A stretch of DNA of 64,000 bases from Candidatus Moranbacteria bacterium UBA2282 (GCA_002345745.1 DDWQ01000005.1:3707-67706); one strand, 5' to 3'. Shown: positions 28,613-39,095, counted from the first letter of the stretch. Notes: a model not told the origin generated them from the sequence alone. A program made the numbers and translations.

Positions 28613-30319
28613 ATGGAAATTTTTAAAAAATATAAAGAAATAATTTTTCAGCAGATGAAATTTATTTTTATGAAAAACGGACGGGCGATTGTTTCGGCTA
28701 TTTTTGTTTTACTGATTGTTTCAAGCGTGACTATTTGGCACGCCTTAGCAACAGAAGCCACTAATATCAATTCTGAATCAAAATTTGCTTGGAGTGAAAA
28801 CACTGGCTGGTTGAATTTTGCATCAAGTAATGGTGGTGTGATGGTGACCGATACAAATATCTCCGGCTACATTTGGAGCGAGAATCTTGGTTGGATTTCA
28901 CTTAATTGTTCTAATAGCAACTCTTGTGCCGTTTCCAATTACGAGGTGGCTAATGATGGAGAGGGAAATTTGTCCGGCTTTGCTTGGAGTGACACTGTCG
29001 GCTGGATAAATTTTTCTCCAACAAACGGCGGAGTGAAAATAGATTCGGGAGGAATTTTTTCTGGTTATGCTTGGGGTGAAAATTTCGGTTGGATTGTTTT
29101 CAATTGTCAAGACTTGGATGTTTGCACAACTTCAGATTTCAAGGTCAAGACAACCTGGCTGCCCATAAGCGTGAGAAATCAAAATTCCGATGAAGAGCAA
29201 GATGGAGTGGAAGTCTTTGATGTTAATTTTTCCGCTACTGATGCAATGATAGTTATTAATTGGGACACTAATCATAATGCAGACAGTCATATTAGCTGGG
29301 GAACGGACAAAAATCTGGAAAAAGAAAAAAACAATAATAATAAAGAAGAGAAGCATCGAATTGTACTTCGGGACTTGGAATCAAATACAAAATATTATTT
29401 TCGCGTAAAATCAACAGATGGGAATGATAAATCCGATTCTTCAAGGATTTATTCCGTTTTGACTAAATCGCCATCCGCTATTTTTGCTAAACGCTCATAT
29501 CAAAATTTAGAACAGGAGAACTATGAGACGGTGGATATTCAAGTCTCTGATAGGAGCAAAAATGAGGAAAAGCTGGAAAGCTTAGTAGACACTTTAGTAA
29601 CTGTTCCGGAAAAAGTTGCGGAAAATATAGAACCAAGCCAAAAAAACAATTGGCTTTTTAGTAGCTTTTCTTTTATTAGCGAAAAAAGTAAGAATATCGC
29701 TTTCATTACTTGGAATGGAATAGCGTTTGTCTATAATGAGATTTATGTGGCTGTCATTGACGGGCAAAGGCAAATTGCTGGATTTATAATGGCAATAAAT
29801 GATCAGCTCGCCAGCGTCTATGAGTCGGCTATTTCCAAATTTAATAAAGAAAAAGCGACAGAAATCGCTAGACTAAAACAATCTAAATTTTTTACCACGC
29901 AGGTCTTTAGTCGAAATGAGAAGAAATTGCTAGCTGAAGTACGCTTCCAAATTTTGGATAAATCCGACAATCCTGTAGTTAATTTGGAAGCCACATTATT
30001 TTCTGATCCGCAAACAGCCGTCACTGATGATAATGGAGTAGCTTCTTTTAAGGATGTCCTTATTGGCTCACACACATTGGCTTTTGATTATCAGGGCGAA
30101 AATTTTGAGAAAAAAGTGTCTATTGCAGACACTGTGACTGATGAAGGAAAGGTGCGGGCAGAAGTGGTGGAGGTCAAGGCAGAAAAAGAAAAATTGGCTT
30201 GGTGGATGTGGACGGTAATGATTCTTCTGATTGTGACAGCATCTTTAGCAATATACTTTGCCAGAAAATATTATTTGCTAAAAATCGCAAAGGATGATAA
30301 ATTAGTTAGTAGTAAATAA
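28613..30319 (+). CDS. Membrane-anchored surface repeat protein (WSENxGWINF-type ~28-aa repeats, FN3-like domain, C-terminal TM anchor)
   Basis: N-terminal signal/anchor. Four repeats (WSENTGWLNFAS, WSENLGWISLNC, WSDTVGWINFSP, WGENFGWIVFNC). Segment ISWGTDKN...YYFRVKSTDGND. C-terminal hydrophobic helix followed by ARKYY. Confidence 0.55.
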   Translation: MEIFKKYKEIIFQQMKFIFMKNGRAIVSAIFVLLIVSSVTIWHALATEATNINSESKFAWSENTGWLNFASSNGGVMVTDTNISGYIWSENLGWISLNCSNSNSCAVSNYEVANDGEGNLSGFAWSDTVGWINFSPTNGGVKIDSGGIFSGYAWGENFGWIVFNCQDLDVCTTSDFKVKTTWLPISVRNQNSDEEQDGVEVFDVNFSATDAMIVINWDTNHNADSHISWGTDKNLEKEKNNNNKEEKHRIVLRDLESNTKYYFRVKSTDGNDKSDSSRIYSVLTKSPSAIFAKRSYQNLEQENYETVDIQVSDRSKNEEKLESLVDTLVTVPEKVAENIEPSQKNNWLFSSFSFISEKSKNIAFITWNGIAFVYNEIYVAVIDGQRQIAGFIMAINDQLASVYESAISKFNKEKATEIARLKQSKFFTTQVFSRNEKKLLAEVRFQILDKSDNPVVNLEATLFSDPQTAVTDDNGVASFKDVLIGSHTLAFDYQGENFEKKVSIADTVTDEGKVRAEVVEVKAEKEKLAWWMWTVMILLIVTASLAIYFARKYYLLKIAKDDKLVSSK

Positions 30320-30452
30320 AAGCTTAATCAAAATATACAGATTTGTTAACAAATAATCTTTTCGCTAAAAACTCCCAAATTTTGGCTATGACTGGTTAAA
30401 AATTGAGAAGTTTCGCTTGAAAAATTATTTATTAACAAACCTGAAAAAATTT

Positions 30453-30662
30453 ATGTCAACACAGAAACAAAGACACACTAAAGGACGACGAGATCGCGCT
30501 AGAGCTGAATTGAAAATGACTTCAACAACGCTAGTTACTTGCACAAAATGCGGAGCGAAAATTAAAGCACATATTGCTTGTTCAAAATGCGGATTCTACA
30601 AAGGGAAGGAAGTTGTAGACACAATGAAAAAGATCACTAAAAAAGCAACAGCCAAGAAATAG
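30453..30662 (+). CDS. rpmF: 50S ribosomal protein L32 (zinc-ribbon type)
   Basis: MSTQKQRHTKGRRDRARA start and CTKC...CSKCGFYKG zinc ribbon. The ORF-track start at 30417 is probably too early. Confidence 0.75.
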   Translation: MSTQKQRHTKGRRDRARAELKMTSTTLVTCTKCGAKIKAHIACSKCGFYKGKEVVDTMKKITKKATAKK

Positions 30663-30758
30663 ATACAAATTAGGACACGAATTAAATCCGTATTACCCAC
30701 AAATTTAAACAAAAAATTTGGATAGTAATTCGGATATAATTAGAATAATAATTAGGAT

Positions 30759-31265
30759 ATGGCGAATAGGCATTTAGCTCGTTCAATCGCGATGCAATCT
30801 CTCTATGAGTGGGATTTTAAAGGTAAGAAAACTGAGAATTTAGACGAGATTATTAAAAAAAATATTCAAGAATTTGCTCCTGGAATTGAGGACGATTCTT
30901 TTGTATACCATTTGGTGAAAAATACCATTAAGAATCAAGATAAAATCGATCCTTTAATTGAAAAATGTGCGCCAGAATGGCCTTTGGAACAAGTGACAGT
31001 GGTTGACCGAAATATATTGCGTTTGGGAATTTATGAATTACTCTTCGGTAACTATGACGATGTTCCACCAAAAGTAGCTATTAACGAAGCTATCGAACTT
31101 GCAAAATCTTTTGGGGGCGAATCTTCAGGAAGATTTGTAAATGGTGTGCTGGGCACGATTTATCGTGAACTAGGTGAGCCGATGAAGAATGACAAATCTA
31201 AAAATGATAAAAAGATTGCTGAGGTTAAAAGTGACGGAGAAGATGTGACGGTTGAAGCATTGTAA
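30759..31265 (+). CDS. nusB: Transcription antitermination factor NusB
   Basis: 168 aa. [18 protein letters not shown]-terminal motif and all-helical NusB fold length. Confidence 0.85.
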   Translation: MANRHLARSIAMQSLYEWDFKGKKTENLDEIIKKNIQEFAPGIEDDSFVYHLVKNTIKNQDKIDPLIEKCAPEWPLEQVTVVDRNILRLGIYELLFGNYDDVPPKVAINEAIELAKSFGGESSGRFVNGVLGTIYRELGEPMKNDKSKNDKKIAEVKSDGEDVTVEAL

Positions 31266-31390
31266 ATTTTAAATAACCAATAACCAAGAAACAATCACCA
31301 AACAAATTTCAAGTTCCAATAATCAAAGTTTGAATATTTGATTATTGAATATTATTTGATTATTGTATCTTGTTTCTTGTATCTTGTGAG
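31266..31390. repeat. Imperfect ~55-bp-arm inverted repeat built from heptamer units (AACCAAT.../...TTGTATCTTGT)
   Basis: Left arm AAATAACCAATAACCAAGAAACAATCACC...CCAATAATCAAAG. Right arm TTTGATTATTG...TTGTATCTTGTTTCTTGTATCTTGTG. Located in the intergenic region upstream of rnc. Confidence 0.6.
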
Positions 31391-32080
31391 ATGATAGAAA
31401 AATTAGCCGAAAAATTAGGCATAAAATTTAATAATCTTGATCTTCTGCAACAAGCTTTGACACATCGCTCATATTTGAATGAGCATAGAAGTTACAAGCT
31501 GGATCACAACGAGCGATTGGAGTTTCTCGGAGACGCTGTTTTGGAATTGGTAGTAACTGAATTTTTATATGCTAACTATACTAACCCAGAAGGTGATTTG
31601 ACTAACTGGCGAGCCGCTTTGGTTAATGGAGAAATGTTGGCAAAAATTTCCACTAAATTGGGAGTAGAAGAATTTTTATTAATGAGCAAAGGCGAATCTA
31701 AGGACACTGGCAAAGCACGTCAATATTTGCTGGCTAATGCTTTTGAATCGATTACGGGTGCGATTTATTTAGACCAAAAGGAAAATGGCTTCAATGTCGC
31801 TAAGAAATTTATTTTAAAAAATGTTGTTTCGCAATTACCTGAGATTATAGAAAGCAAGTCATATATGGATCCCAAGAGTCTTTTTCAAGAAAAAGCGCAA
31901 GAAAAATCCGGCATCACGCCGTCATACAAGGTAATGGAAGAAACTGGACCAGATCATGCTCGCGAGTTTGTCGTCGGCGTCTATCTGGAACACGAATTGA
32001 TTGCTAGTGGCAAAGGTTTGTCCAAGCAAGAGGCTCAAAGAAACGCCGCCGCCGCTGGATTGGAAGTCAAAAAATGGTAG
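31391..32080 (+). CDS. rnc: Ribonuclease III
   Basis: ERLEFLGDAVLELVVTEFLY RNase III signature and C-terminal dsRBD. Start assumed at MIEKLAE; the ORF track begins at 31370. Confidence 0.9.
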   Translation: MIEKLAEKLGIKFNNLDLLQQALTHRSYLNEHRSYKLDHNERLEFLGDAVLELVVTEFLYANYTNPEGDLTNWRAALVNGEMLAKISTKLGVEEFLLMSKGESKDTGKARQYLLANAFESITGAIYLDQKENGFNVAKKFILKNVVSQLPEIIESKSYMDPKSLFQEKAQEKSGITPSYKVMEETGPDHAREFVVGVYLEHELIASGKGLSKQEAQRNAAAAGLEVKKW

Positions 32081-32130
32081 AGGTAAAATTTACATATTTG
32101 TAGATTTGCATAAAATTCGCATCATTTGTA

Positions 32131-34497
32131 TTGTACATTATGTATTTAAAAAAATTAGAAATTTCAGGTTTTAAATCTTTTGCCAACCGTACAACGTTGG
32201 ATTTTTCGGTATCGCACGAAGGTGTACGGGGCATTACGGCTGTCGTTGGTCCGAATGGTTCTGGTAAATCAAACATTGCCGATTCTTTGCGCTGGGTGTT
32301 GGGCGAACAATCAATGAAAAATCTGCGTGGAAAGAAATCGGAAGATATTATTTTTGCTGGATCGGGAAAGAAGGCACGACTGGGCAGTGCGCAGGTTACA
32401 TTGTATTTGGATAATGGTGATAAAAAAATCCCTTTGGAATTTGATGAAGTTTCTATTACGCGCAAAATTAATCGTAGTGGCGAAAGTGAATATCTAATAA
32501 ACAATTCGCGAGTGAGATTGCAAGATATCGTGGATATTTTGGCTAAAGCAGGCATCGGTAAAGAAAGTTACGCCATCGTTAATCAGGGGATGGCAGATTC
32601 AGTTTTAAATGCGACACCACTTGATCGACGTTCAATTATTGAAGAAGCTGCTGGCGTGAAACAATATCAAATCAAAAAAGATAGGTCTTTGCGTAAGCTT
32701 GAATCAACGCGGGACAATTTGGATAAAGCTCGAAGCTTGGCGGAAGAAATCAAGCCTCATCTAAAAAATTTGAAGAGACAATCTGAAAAGGCGGCACAAA
32801 GTGCTGATGTTATTGGAAAGTTGCGAGAAAAACAGACTCAGTTATATACCTATTTATGGAACAATTTTCAGCAAGAAAAAAATAAATTTAATGAAGCCAA
32901 GGAAGCAATGGGTCGGACGATGATGAATATGCAACGAGATGCGGATAGATTAGCAGACGAGCTCAATAAAGAAGCTAAAGTTGAAACAACCAATACACAA
33001 TTAGCAGAGCTAGAAAAACAATTCCAAGTGAAACGCAATCTATTTAATCAATTAGATCGCGATTTAATTGTTACGAGTGGTCGCATTGAGATTGAAGGTG
33101 AGAAGCAGAAAAATATTGAAATGATTGAAGAAATCAAGGTGCAGAGCATCCCAGTGGACTTGCATTATGTCCGAAAGGGACTCGAAGAAATTCGTGCTGA
33201 TCAAGAAAAATTGATTGCACAAATGGAAAGTGCGGAAAGTATGGATGATATGCAAGATATTAAAGAATTTGCGCGCTCCATTCAACAGCGTTTGTTCGAG
33301 TTGAAAAATGATATTGAAAATGGCAAAAAACCCACCGTCGCTAAAGCTATGGCGGACGAAGGAAAAATGAGTGAAGTTGTGGCGACGCCTAAGCTCCTGC
33401 CAGAAGTTGACTCAACTGCAATTTTGGAACTCAAAGAAAAAACTATCAAAATCCGAGCAGAACTTCAAAAGACTGAAATTGAAATTAAAGAATTGGAACA
33501 AAAAATTGCAGATGAGATCCAAATGGACAGGCAAAAAAGACAGAAATTTTTCGAAGTGGAAAGAAGTTTCCGTGCAAAACAGGACGAATTAAGCAAGCTC
33601 AAAGATCAATTTAATGAATCTAAGATTGCACTAGCACGCGTTGAAGTGCATGAGGAAGATTTGCGAGCGGAAGTTTTGAAAGAGCTTAATCTCAGTGTGG
33701 AAAGTTTGGCTAGTGAAATTTCACAACTAGATCGTGGTCAGTTTGAGAGAGATATTGCTCGATTGAAAATGCAGATGGAACAAATTGGGGGAATCGATCC
33801 TCTTGTGATGGAGGAATATGAAGAAACAAACAAACGTTTTGAATTTCTAACCAACGAATCTGATGATCTGGAAAATGCTATTGTCTCATTGCGAGAAGTC
33901 ATCAAAGAAATGGATCATAAAATTAGCGGTGAATTTTCTAAGACATTTGAAGAAATCAATAAAGAATTTACGAAATATTTCAGAATTATTTTTGGTGGTG
34001 GAAATGCAATTTTGAAAAAAGTTGAAGTTAGAAAGAGATTATATAAATCCAAAGATCAACTTGAGGGTATTACTGATGAATCAACAGAAGATGATGAGGA
34101 TATAGCATCTAGTAGTGAAAATGAAAAAACTGAAATTGGCATTGATATTGCTGCTTCACCTCCAGGGAAAAAAATTAGCAATCTTTCAATGCTTTCTGGT
34201 GGAGAAAGATCATTGACTTCACTGGCACTATTGTTTGCTATTATTGCACATAATCCGCCGCCATTTGCTGTCTTGGATGAAGTTGAAGCCGCGCTGGACG
34301 AAGCTAATTCTCGACGCTTCGGTCGGATCATTCAAGAACTTTCCGGTCAAACGCAATTTGTTATCATCACCCATAATCGCGAAACAATGCGTCAAGCTGC
34401 GGTGCTATATGGCGTAACAATGGGGGACGAAGGAATTTCCAAGCTCTTGTCAGTTCGTTTGGACCAAGTTGGCAAAGACGGCAAGATTTTGCAATAA
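32131..34497 (+). CDS. smc: SMC-family chromosome segregation ATPase, short form (788 aa) without recognisable hinge
   Basis: N-terminal Walker A (VVGPNGSGKSNIADS), C-terminal signature LSGGERSLTSLALLFAI and Walker B AVLDEVEAALD. Long central coiled coil. Sits in rnc-smc synteny. Confidence 0.7.
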   Translation: MYIMYLKKLEISGFKSFANRTTLDFSVSHEGVRGITAVVGPNGSGKSNIADSLRWVLGEQSMKNLRGKKSEDIIFAGSGKKARLGSAQVTLYLDNGDKKIPLEFDEVSITRKINRSGESEYLINNSRVRLQDIVDILAKAGIGKESYAIVNQGMADSVLNATPLDRRSIIEEAAGVKQYQIKKDRSLRKLESTRDNLDKARSLAEEIKPHLKNLKRQSEKAAQSADVIGKLREKQTQLYTYLWNNFQQEKNKFNEAKEAMGRTMMNMQRDADRLADELNKEAKVETTNTQLAELEKQFQVKRNLFNQLDRDLIVTSGRIEIEGEKQKNIEMIEEIKVQSIPVDLHYVRKGLEEIRADQEKLIAQMESAESMDDMQDIKEFARSIQQRLFELKNDIENGKKPTVAKAMADEGKMSEVVATPKLLPEVDSTAILELKEKTIKIRAELQKTEIEIKELEQKIADEIQMDRQKRQKFFEVERSFRAKQDELSKLKDQFNESKIALARVEVHEEDLRAEVLKELNLSVESLASEISQLDRGQFERDIARLKMQMEQIGGIDPLVMEEYEETNKRFEFLTNESDDLENAIVSLREVIKEMDHKISGEFSKTFEEINKEFTKYFRIIFGGGNAILKKVEVRKRLYKSKDQLEGITDESTEDDEDIASSSENEKTEIGIDIAASPPGKKISNLSMLSGGERSLTSLALLFAIIAHNPPPFAVLDEVEAALDEANSRRFGRIIQELSGQTQFVIITHNRETMRQAAVLYGVTMGDEGISKLLSVRLDQVGKDGKILQ

Positions 34498-34730
34498 ACG
34501 ATTAGTTTTTAAAATCATCATCATCTGACCGTGGGTAATTCCGTGGTTTTTTGCTTTACGGAGGTGAATTTTAGGAGTAAAATAAAGTTATGCACAGGGT
34601 CTTGACTTGAAAAATAAGCATAATAGTGTTATTATATCAGTATAGATAATCATCTTTTTTAGAATACAAATAATGGCAATGAGGAAATTCAGTTATTAAA
34701 CACAAAAACAACCTAGCAAACTAATCATAT

Positions 34731-35197
34731 ATGAAAAAAACAATCCAAAACCAAATAATTATTTACGAAGGAGACAACGGTGAATCTCGTATAGAAGTAA
34801 AATTTGAAGGTGAAACAGTTTGGCTTTCGCAATCACAATTGGTTGAACTTTTTGGATCAAGTAAGGCTAATATAAGCGAGCATATTAAAAATATCTATAC
34901 AGAAAAAGAATTGGCACTGGAAGCAACTGTTCGGAATTTCCGAACAGTTAAAAAAGAGGGTAATAGAAAGGTTTCTAGGGATGTTGAGCATTATAATCTT
35001 GATATGATTATTTCACTATTTCAAAATCAACCGGAAGAAAAATTTTGGATGATGCTGGCAAGGTAAGTCATGAGAAAGCTACGGAAAAAGCTAGTTTGGA
35101 GTATCGCAAGTACAAAGCAAGGAATTTGAGCGAGGTTGAGAAATCTTATTTGGAAACTATAAAAGGTATAGAAAAAAAGATTGTCAAAAAATCATAG
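34731..35197 (+). pseudogene. RhuM-family (virulence/DOC-like) gene remnant with internal deletion and frameshift
   Basis: N-terminal 95 aa (IIIYEGDNGESRIEVKFEGETVWLSQSQLVELFGSSKANISEHIKNIY...YNLDMIIS) matches the RhuM N-terminal domain. The reading frame terminates at 35066. A second frame from about 35003 encodes the RhuM C-terminal tail (ILDDAGKVSHEKATEKASLEYRKYKARNLSEVEKSYLETIKGIEKKIVKKS). Confidence 0.65.
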
Positions 35198-35321
35198 TCC
35201 AGCTTTGAAAATTCCGCACTAGTATTTGAGTAATTGGGGTGTGGATGATATTATAAGGGTAGCAATAATTCATGAATTTATTCAGTAATAAATTCAGTAA
35301 TTAATTTATTAAAACAAAAAA

Positions 35322-38300
35322 ATGCACAAAACAATCAAAAACATAGGTGTCATAATTTTCATTGCTATCTTCGCCATTAGTCCCTTGCAAATTAATTTGC
35401 AAGCTCTTTCCAAAAATGTTGTAGTGGGTGAGACTTTGCAATTAGAAGAATTATATATCAGCGAAAACACAACTTGGAACAATGATACTAATCTATCAAA
35501 TTATGGAAACATCTATGTAGATTGGGGTGTGACTTTGACCATTGAAAAAGGAACGCAATTAGCATTTCGTCATTTGCAGATCGATGGCAACGTTGTTGCC
35601 AAAGGCACTAAAGAAGAAAAAATAAAATTAACCGGAATTCCACTAACTTTTGAAGATGATGGATCATATGACCCGCGTTGTTTTATGTCGCCAACGGCTA
35701 CGATTGAATTTAGCGCTCCTGGGGATTATATTGAAGATCCAGAATCTATTTTTGAATTTGTAGAATTTTCCCAAATGGGTGGAGAATATTCATATGATAC
35801 AGACGATTGTCCAAGTCTAGGAATGAATAACAGCATCAAAGATATGTTTTTTCCAACAGCCTATGCATCTCCTGTGAATCCAGTTGCTCCAGCTATGACC
35901 ATCTATTCAGGCCGAGTGAAAATGAGCAACTGTGATTTCAAAAACAATGCCTATGCGGATATAAAAGTTGAGATGGAATATGGTGAATGGAATTCACAAA
36001 GTTATCTGCATATCGAAAACTCCAACTTCCAAAACAACTCTCAAGATACAGCTGTCATAGCTAAAGTTACAAAACCAGATGTATATAGCTCACTTTTTGA
36101 AAACTGTTTTAATGAATGCAAACTCAATTATCCAGATGACTATATGATTTATGGTCCGATTTGTAATAACTATTGCACAAATGTCGCAGGCAGTGACCCG
36201 AGTTTTCATGACAAATCCAAAGTTCTTTTGAAAAACAATTGGTATGGCGATCCAGCTGGTCCAGAAATTGAATCCGCGCCAAATGTGGGTGGAGAAAAAC
36301 TAATTGGTGACTATACTTCAGAAAGTTGGAGCGCCACAGAAATTGAAAATTCTGTAGTGCCGGTGACGACTGGTGGAGCATCTAATGTTCTTTTCTTGCC
36401 AGGGTTGGAGGCGAGTCGGTTGTATAAGGATGGAATAACTGAAAATCAACTTTGGGAACCTAATCGCAATGATGATGTAGAAAAATTATTTTTGGATGCC
36501 AATGGGAAAAGTCTAAATCAAAATGTGTATACAAAGGATGTTCTTGATGAGGTAAATGTATCGCTATTAGGACAAAAAAATATCTATAAATCATTTGAAG
36601 CTGATTTGAAAAAGTGGAAAAATGATGACAAAATTATTAACGATTATTCAGCTATTCCGTATGATTGGCGATTGTCCCTAGAAGATATTCTAGAGGGAGG
36701 CACAATTTCAGATGGAGATCATATCTCATATACTGGAAAATCAATCGCGCCATATATTATTCGCGAGTTAAGAAGATTGGCGGAAACTTCCAAATCTGGC
36801 AAAGTGACTATTGTGGCACATTCCAATGGTGGGTTAGTGGCAAAAGCTTTGACTAACAAATTGGGAGCAGAGGCTGAAAGTCTGATTGACAAGATTGTTA
36901 TGGTGGCCGTGCCACAAGTTGGAACACCGCAAGCAATCGGTGGACTTTTACATGGCTATGACCAAGGCTTGCCAGCAGATTGGCTACCTTTGCTTTTGTC
37001 TCCTAAAACTGCTCGAACATTGGCAAATAATATGCCGAGTGCGTATAATCTGCTCCCATCAAATGCATATTTCAATGGCAATGGCAGTGAAACAAGCACA
37101 CCAGTTATTTCTTTTGAAAATGGAACACTCACACAGTCATTCATCAATAAATATGGCAATGAAATTAACACCCCAACCAAATTACATAATTTTCTCTTGG
37201 ACTCGGAGGGAAAAGTTTCAGTCGATTCAGATAATGTTGTCAGTCCAAGCACAATTAATGCAAAATTGTTAGGCTATGCCAAAGATGTGCATCAATTACT
37301 TGATGACAATTGGTCAGTGCCATCATCAATTTCTGTCTATCAAATTGCTGGCTTTGGGGAGGAGACACTGGGAAAAATACGATATTGGACAGGCATAGAA
37401 TGTGTGAAAACATTTCACAGTTGGTGTTTGGAGTATCAGCCAAAATTACAATATTCACCCGAAGTAGTCATTGATGGTGATGGCACTGTGGTGGCACCGA
37501 GTGCGTTGGCGATGAGCACAGATGCAGAAAATGTGAAGAGGTATTGGGTGGATTTGGATGATTACAACGATGTCTTTACAATGAAAAGAGAACACGCAGA
37601 TATTTTAGAAGTTCCATGGTTGCGAAATTTTATTAAGGATAACATCTTAACTCAGTCATCAACATCTTTTCCTCAATTTATTTCCGATTCAAAACCATCT
37701 AATAAATCCGAAAAACGTTTGCATTACATTTTGCATTCGCCATTAGCACTTTCCGCGCAGGACACATCTGGCAATGAAATTAGTGCTTCAGTTTCGACGA
37801 TTCCTGGAGCGAATTACAAACGCTTTGGCGAAGTGCAATTCATCTCTTTGCCAGCTTCTGTGACACACACAGTGATGCTCACTGGACTGGCAGAAGGCTC
37901 ATTCACATTGGAAATGCAGGAAGTGGAGAATGACGCCGTGGTGGCAGAAACAACATTTGCCGGTATTCCATCTTCAGACAAAACCAAAGTCACAATGGAG
38001 GTGACTGATGGCACAATTGAGAATGCTTTGCCACTAGCTGTGGATTATGATGGAAACGGTGTAATTGAATTTTCACTAGAACCAAAAGTTGGTGAAACAA
38101 TCACACCACCCGCTTTGGATCAAACTCCGCCAGAAGCCAGAATGTTTTTTGACACCAAAACAAATTTAATAGTAGTGGAAGGCGTGGATGAAAATCCAAC
38201 GACAGTGGTATATTCCACAGCACCAAAATTTAAAAAGAATCAGAAGCAAAAAGACAAAATAACCACAGCCACAATCACTGACCAAGTAGGAAATGTCACT

Positions 38301-38666
38301 GTGCTAACATATATCGAAAAAGCTCCAAATTATGAACGAAGAATTGCCGTTGAAGTGAAGTCTGTGAGTTACAATGGCGTTGTGACCAATCTTTATGATA
38401 CAATAGCAAAGTACAATTGGACTCTGGGCAGAAAAGATGAGATATACAGAATGTTTGCGACTCATCTTCGCACATCTTCTAGCACGATTGAATCACATTA
38501 TCGACCAAAACAAAATATCACGATGATTATGACGAGACTGCAAGAGCTAGATGACAATCGTGATGATGACAATGATGCTGATAGGCGAGCAATCAAGCAA
38601 AAATTAGCAGGTTTAGTTATTCCTGCACTGGTAACTAAACAAGGTGTGGTTGAGATTAAATATTAA
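35322..38666 (+). CDS. Large secreted alpha/beta-hydrolase-like surface protein (paralog B)
   Basis: 1114-aa ORF, about nine in ten residues identical to 83..3439 by eye. Same AHSNGG motif. Divergence is concentrated near the C-terminal third. Confidence 0.6.
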   Translation: MHKTIKNIGVIIFIAIFAISPLQINLQALSKNVVVGETLQLEELYISENTTWNNDTNLSNYGNIYVDWGVTLTIEKGTQLAFRHLQIDGNVVAKGTKEEKIKLTGIPLTFEDDGSYDPRCFMSPTATIEFSAPGDYIEDPESIFEFVEFSQMGGEYSYDTDDCPSLGMNNSIKDMFFPTAYASPVNPVAPAMTIYSGRVKMSNCDFKNNAYADIKVEMEYGEWNSQSYLHIENSNFQNNSQDTAVIAKVTKPDVYSSLFENCFNECKLNYPDDYMIYGPICNNYCTNVAGSDPSFHDKSKVLLKNNWYGDPAGPEIESAPNVGGEKLIGDYTSESWSATEIENSVVPVTTGGASNVLFLPGLEASRLYKDGITENQLWEPNRNDDVEKLFLDANGKSLNQNVYTKDVLDEVNVSLLGQKNIYKSFEADLKKWKNDDKIINDYSAIPYDWRLSLEDILEGGTISDGDHISYTGKSIAPYIIRELRRLAETSKSGKVTIVAHSNGGLVAKALTNKLGAEAESLIDKIVMVAVPQVGTPQAIGGLLHGYDQGLPADWLPLLLSPKTARTLANNMPSAYNLLPSNAYFNGNGSETSTPVISFENGTLTQSFINKYGNEINTPTKLHNFLLDSEGKVSVDSDNVVSPSTINAKLLGYAKDVHQLLDDNWSVPSSISVYQIAGFGEETLGKIRYWTGIECVKTFHSWCLEYQPKLQYSPEVVIDGDGTVVAPSALAMSTDAENVKRYWVDLDDYNDVFTMKREHADILEVPWLRNFIKDNILTQSSTSFPQFISDSKPSNKSEKRLHYILHSPLALSAQDTSGNEISASVSTIPGANYKRFGEVQFISLPASVTHTVMLTGLAEGSFTLEMQEVENDAVVAETTFAGIPSSDKTKVTMEVTDGTIENALPLAVDYDGNGVIEFSLEPKVGETITPPALDQTPPEARMFFDTKTNLIVVEGVDENPTTVVYSTAPKFKKNQKQKDKITTATITDQVGNVTVLTYIEKAPNYERRIAVEVKSVSYNGVVTNLYDTIAKYNWTLGRKDEIYRMFATHLRTSSSTIESHYRPKQNITMIMTRLQELDDNRDDDNDADRRAIKQKLAGLVIPALVTKQGVVEIKY

Positions 38667-38684
38667 TTATTTTTTATTAAAAAT

Positions 38685-39095
38685 ATGAGCAAAAAAAGTA
38701 TCTTAGTCGTTTCATCTGTGTACGTTGTTTGTTTCGTTGCGGGTTTCTTAGCTAGTTTATTGTGCGAATCTAGTAAATGCAGAATATATGATGATAGTGT
38801 TTTAGGTTGGATATTACTTAATTTTATTTTTCTTATTCCAGTTTTCCTTTTCTCCCTCATCACCTACAAAATGCGTGACGAAGTTTTTCAGGCTTGGTGG
38901 AAATTTGCCCGCTGGTTTGTGCCGGTGATTATGCTGGTTACTCTTCTAATCAACTCTCAAAGCCGAGGTGGTGGAATGGGTATCAGTGGTGCTATATCTA
39001 GTAGTTTCAACTTATTTATAATTGGCATTTTCTACGCAATTTTTGTCATAACCTCTTTGGTCAAAATAACGCTGGCGTATCGGCGGGTGAAATAA
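38685..39095 (+). CDS. Small polytopic membrane protein (paralog B)
   Basis: 136 aa. N-terminal half diverged from 3458..3874; C-terminal 80 aa identical. Confidence 0.55.
   Translation: MSKKSILVVSSVYVVCFVAGFLASLLCESSKCRIYDDSVLGWILLNFIFLIPVFLFSLITYKMRDEVFQAWWKFARWFVPVIMLVTLLINSQSRGGGMGISGAISSSFNLFIIGIFYAIFVITSLVKITLAYRRVK

Noticed and set aside
32131-34497. 788-aa SMC-like protein as RecN or SbcC
   Set aside because: Its position right after rnc (rnc-smc synteny) and the SMC-type signature/Walker spacing favour Smc. RecN is shorter and SbcC pairs with SbcD, which is absent here. The hinge question remains open.
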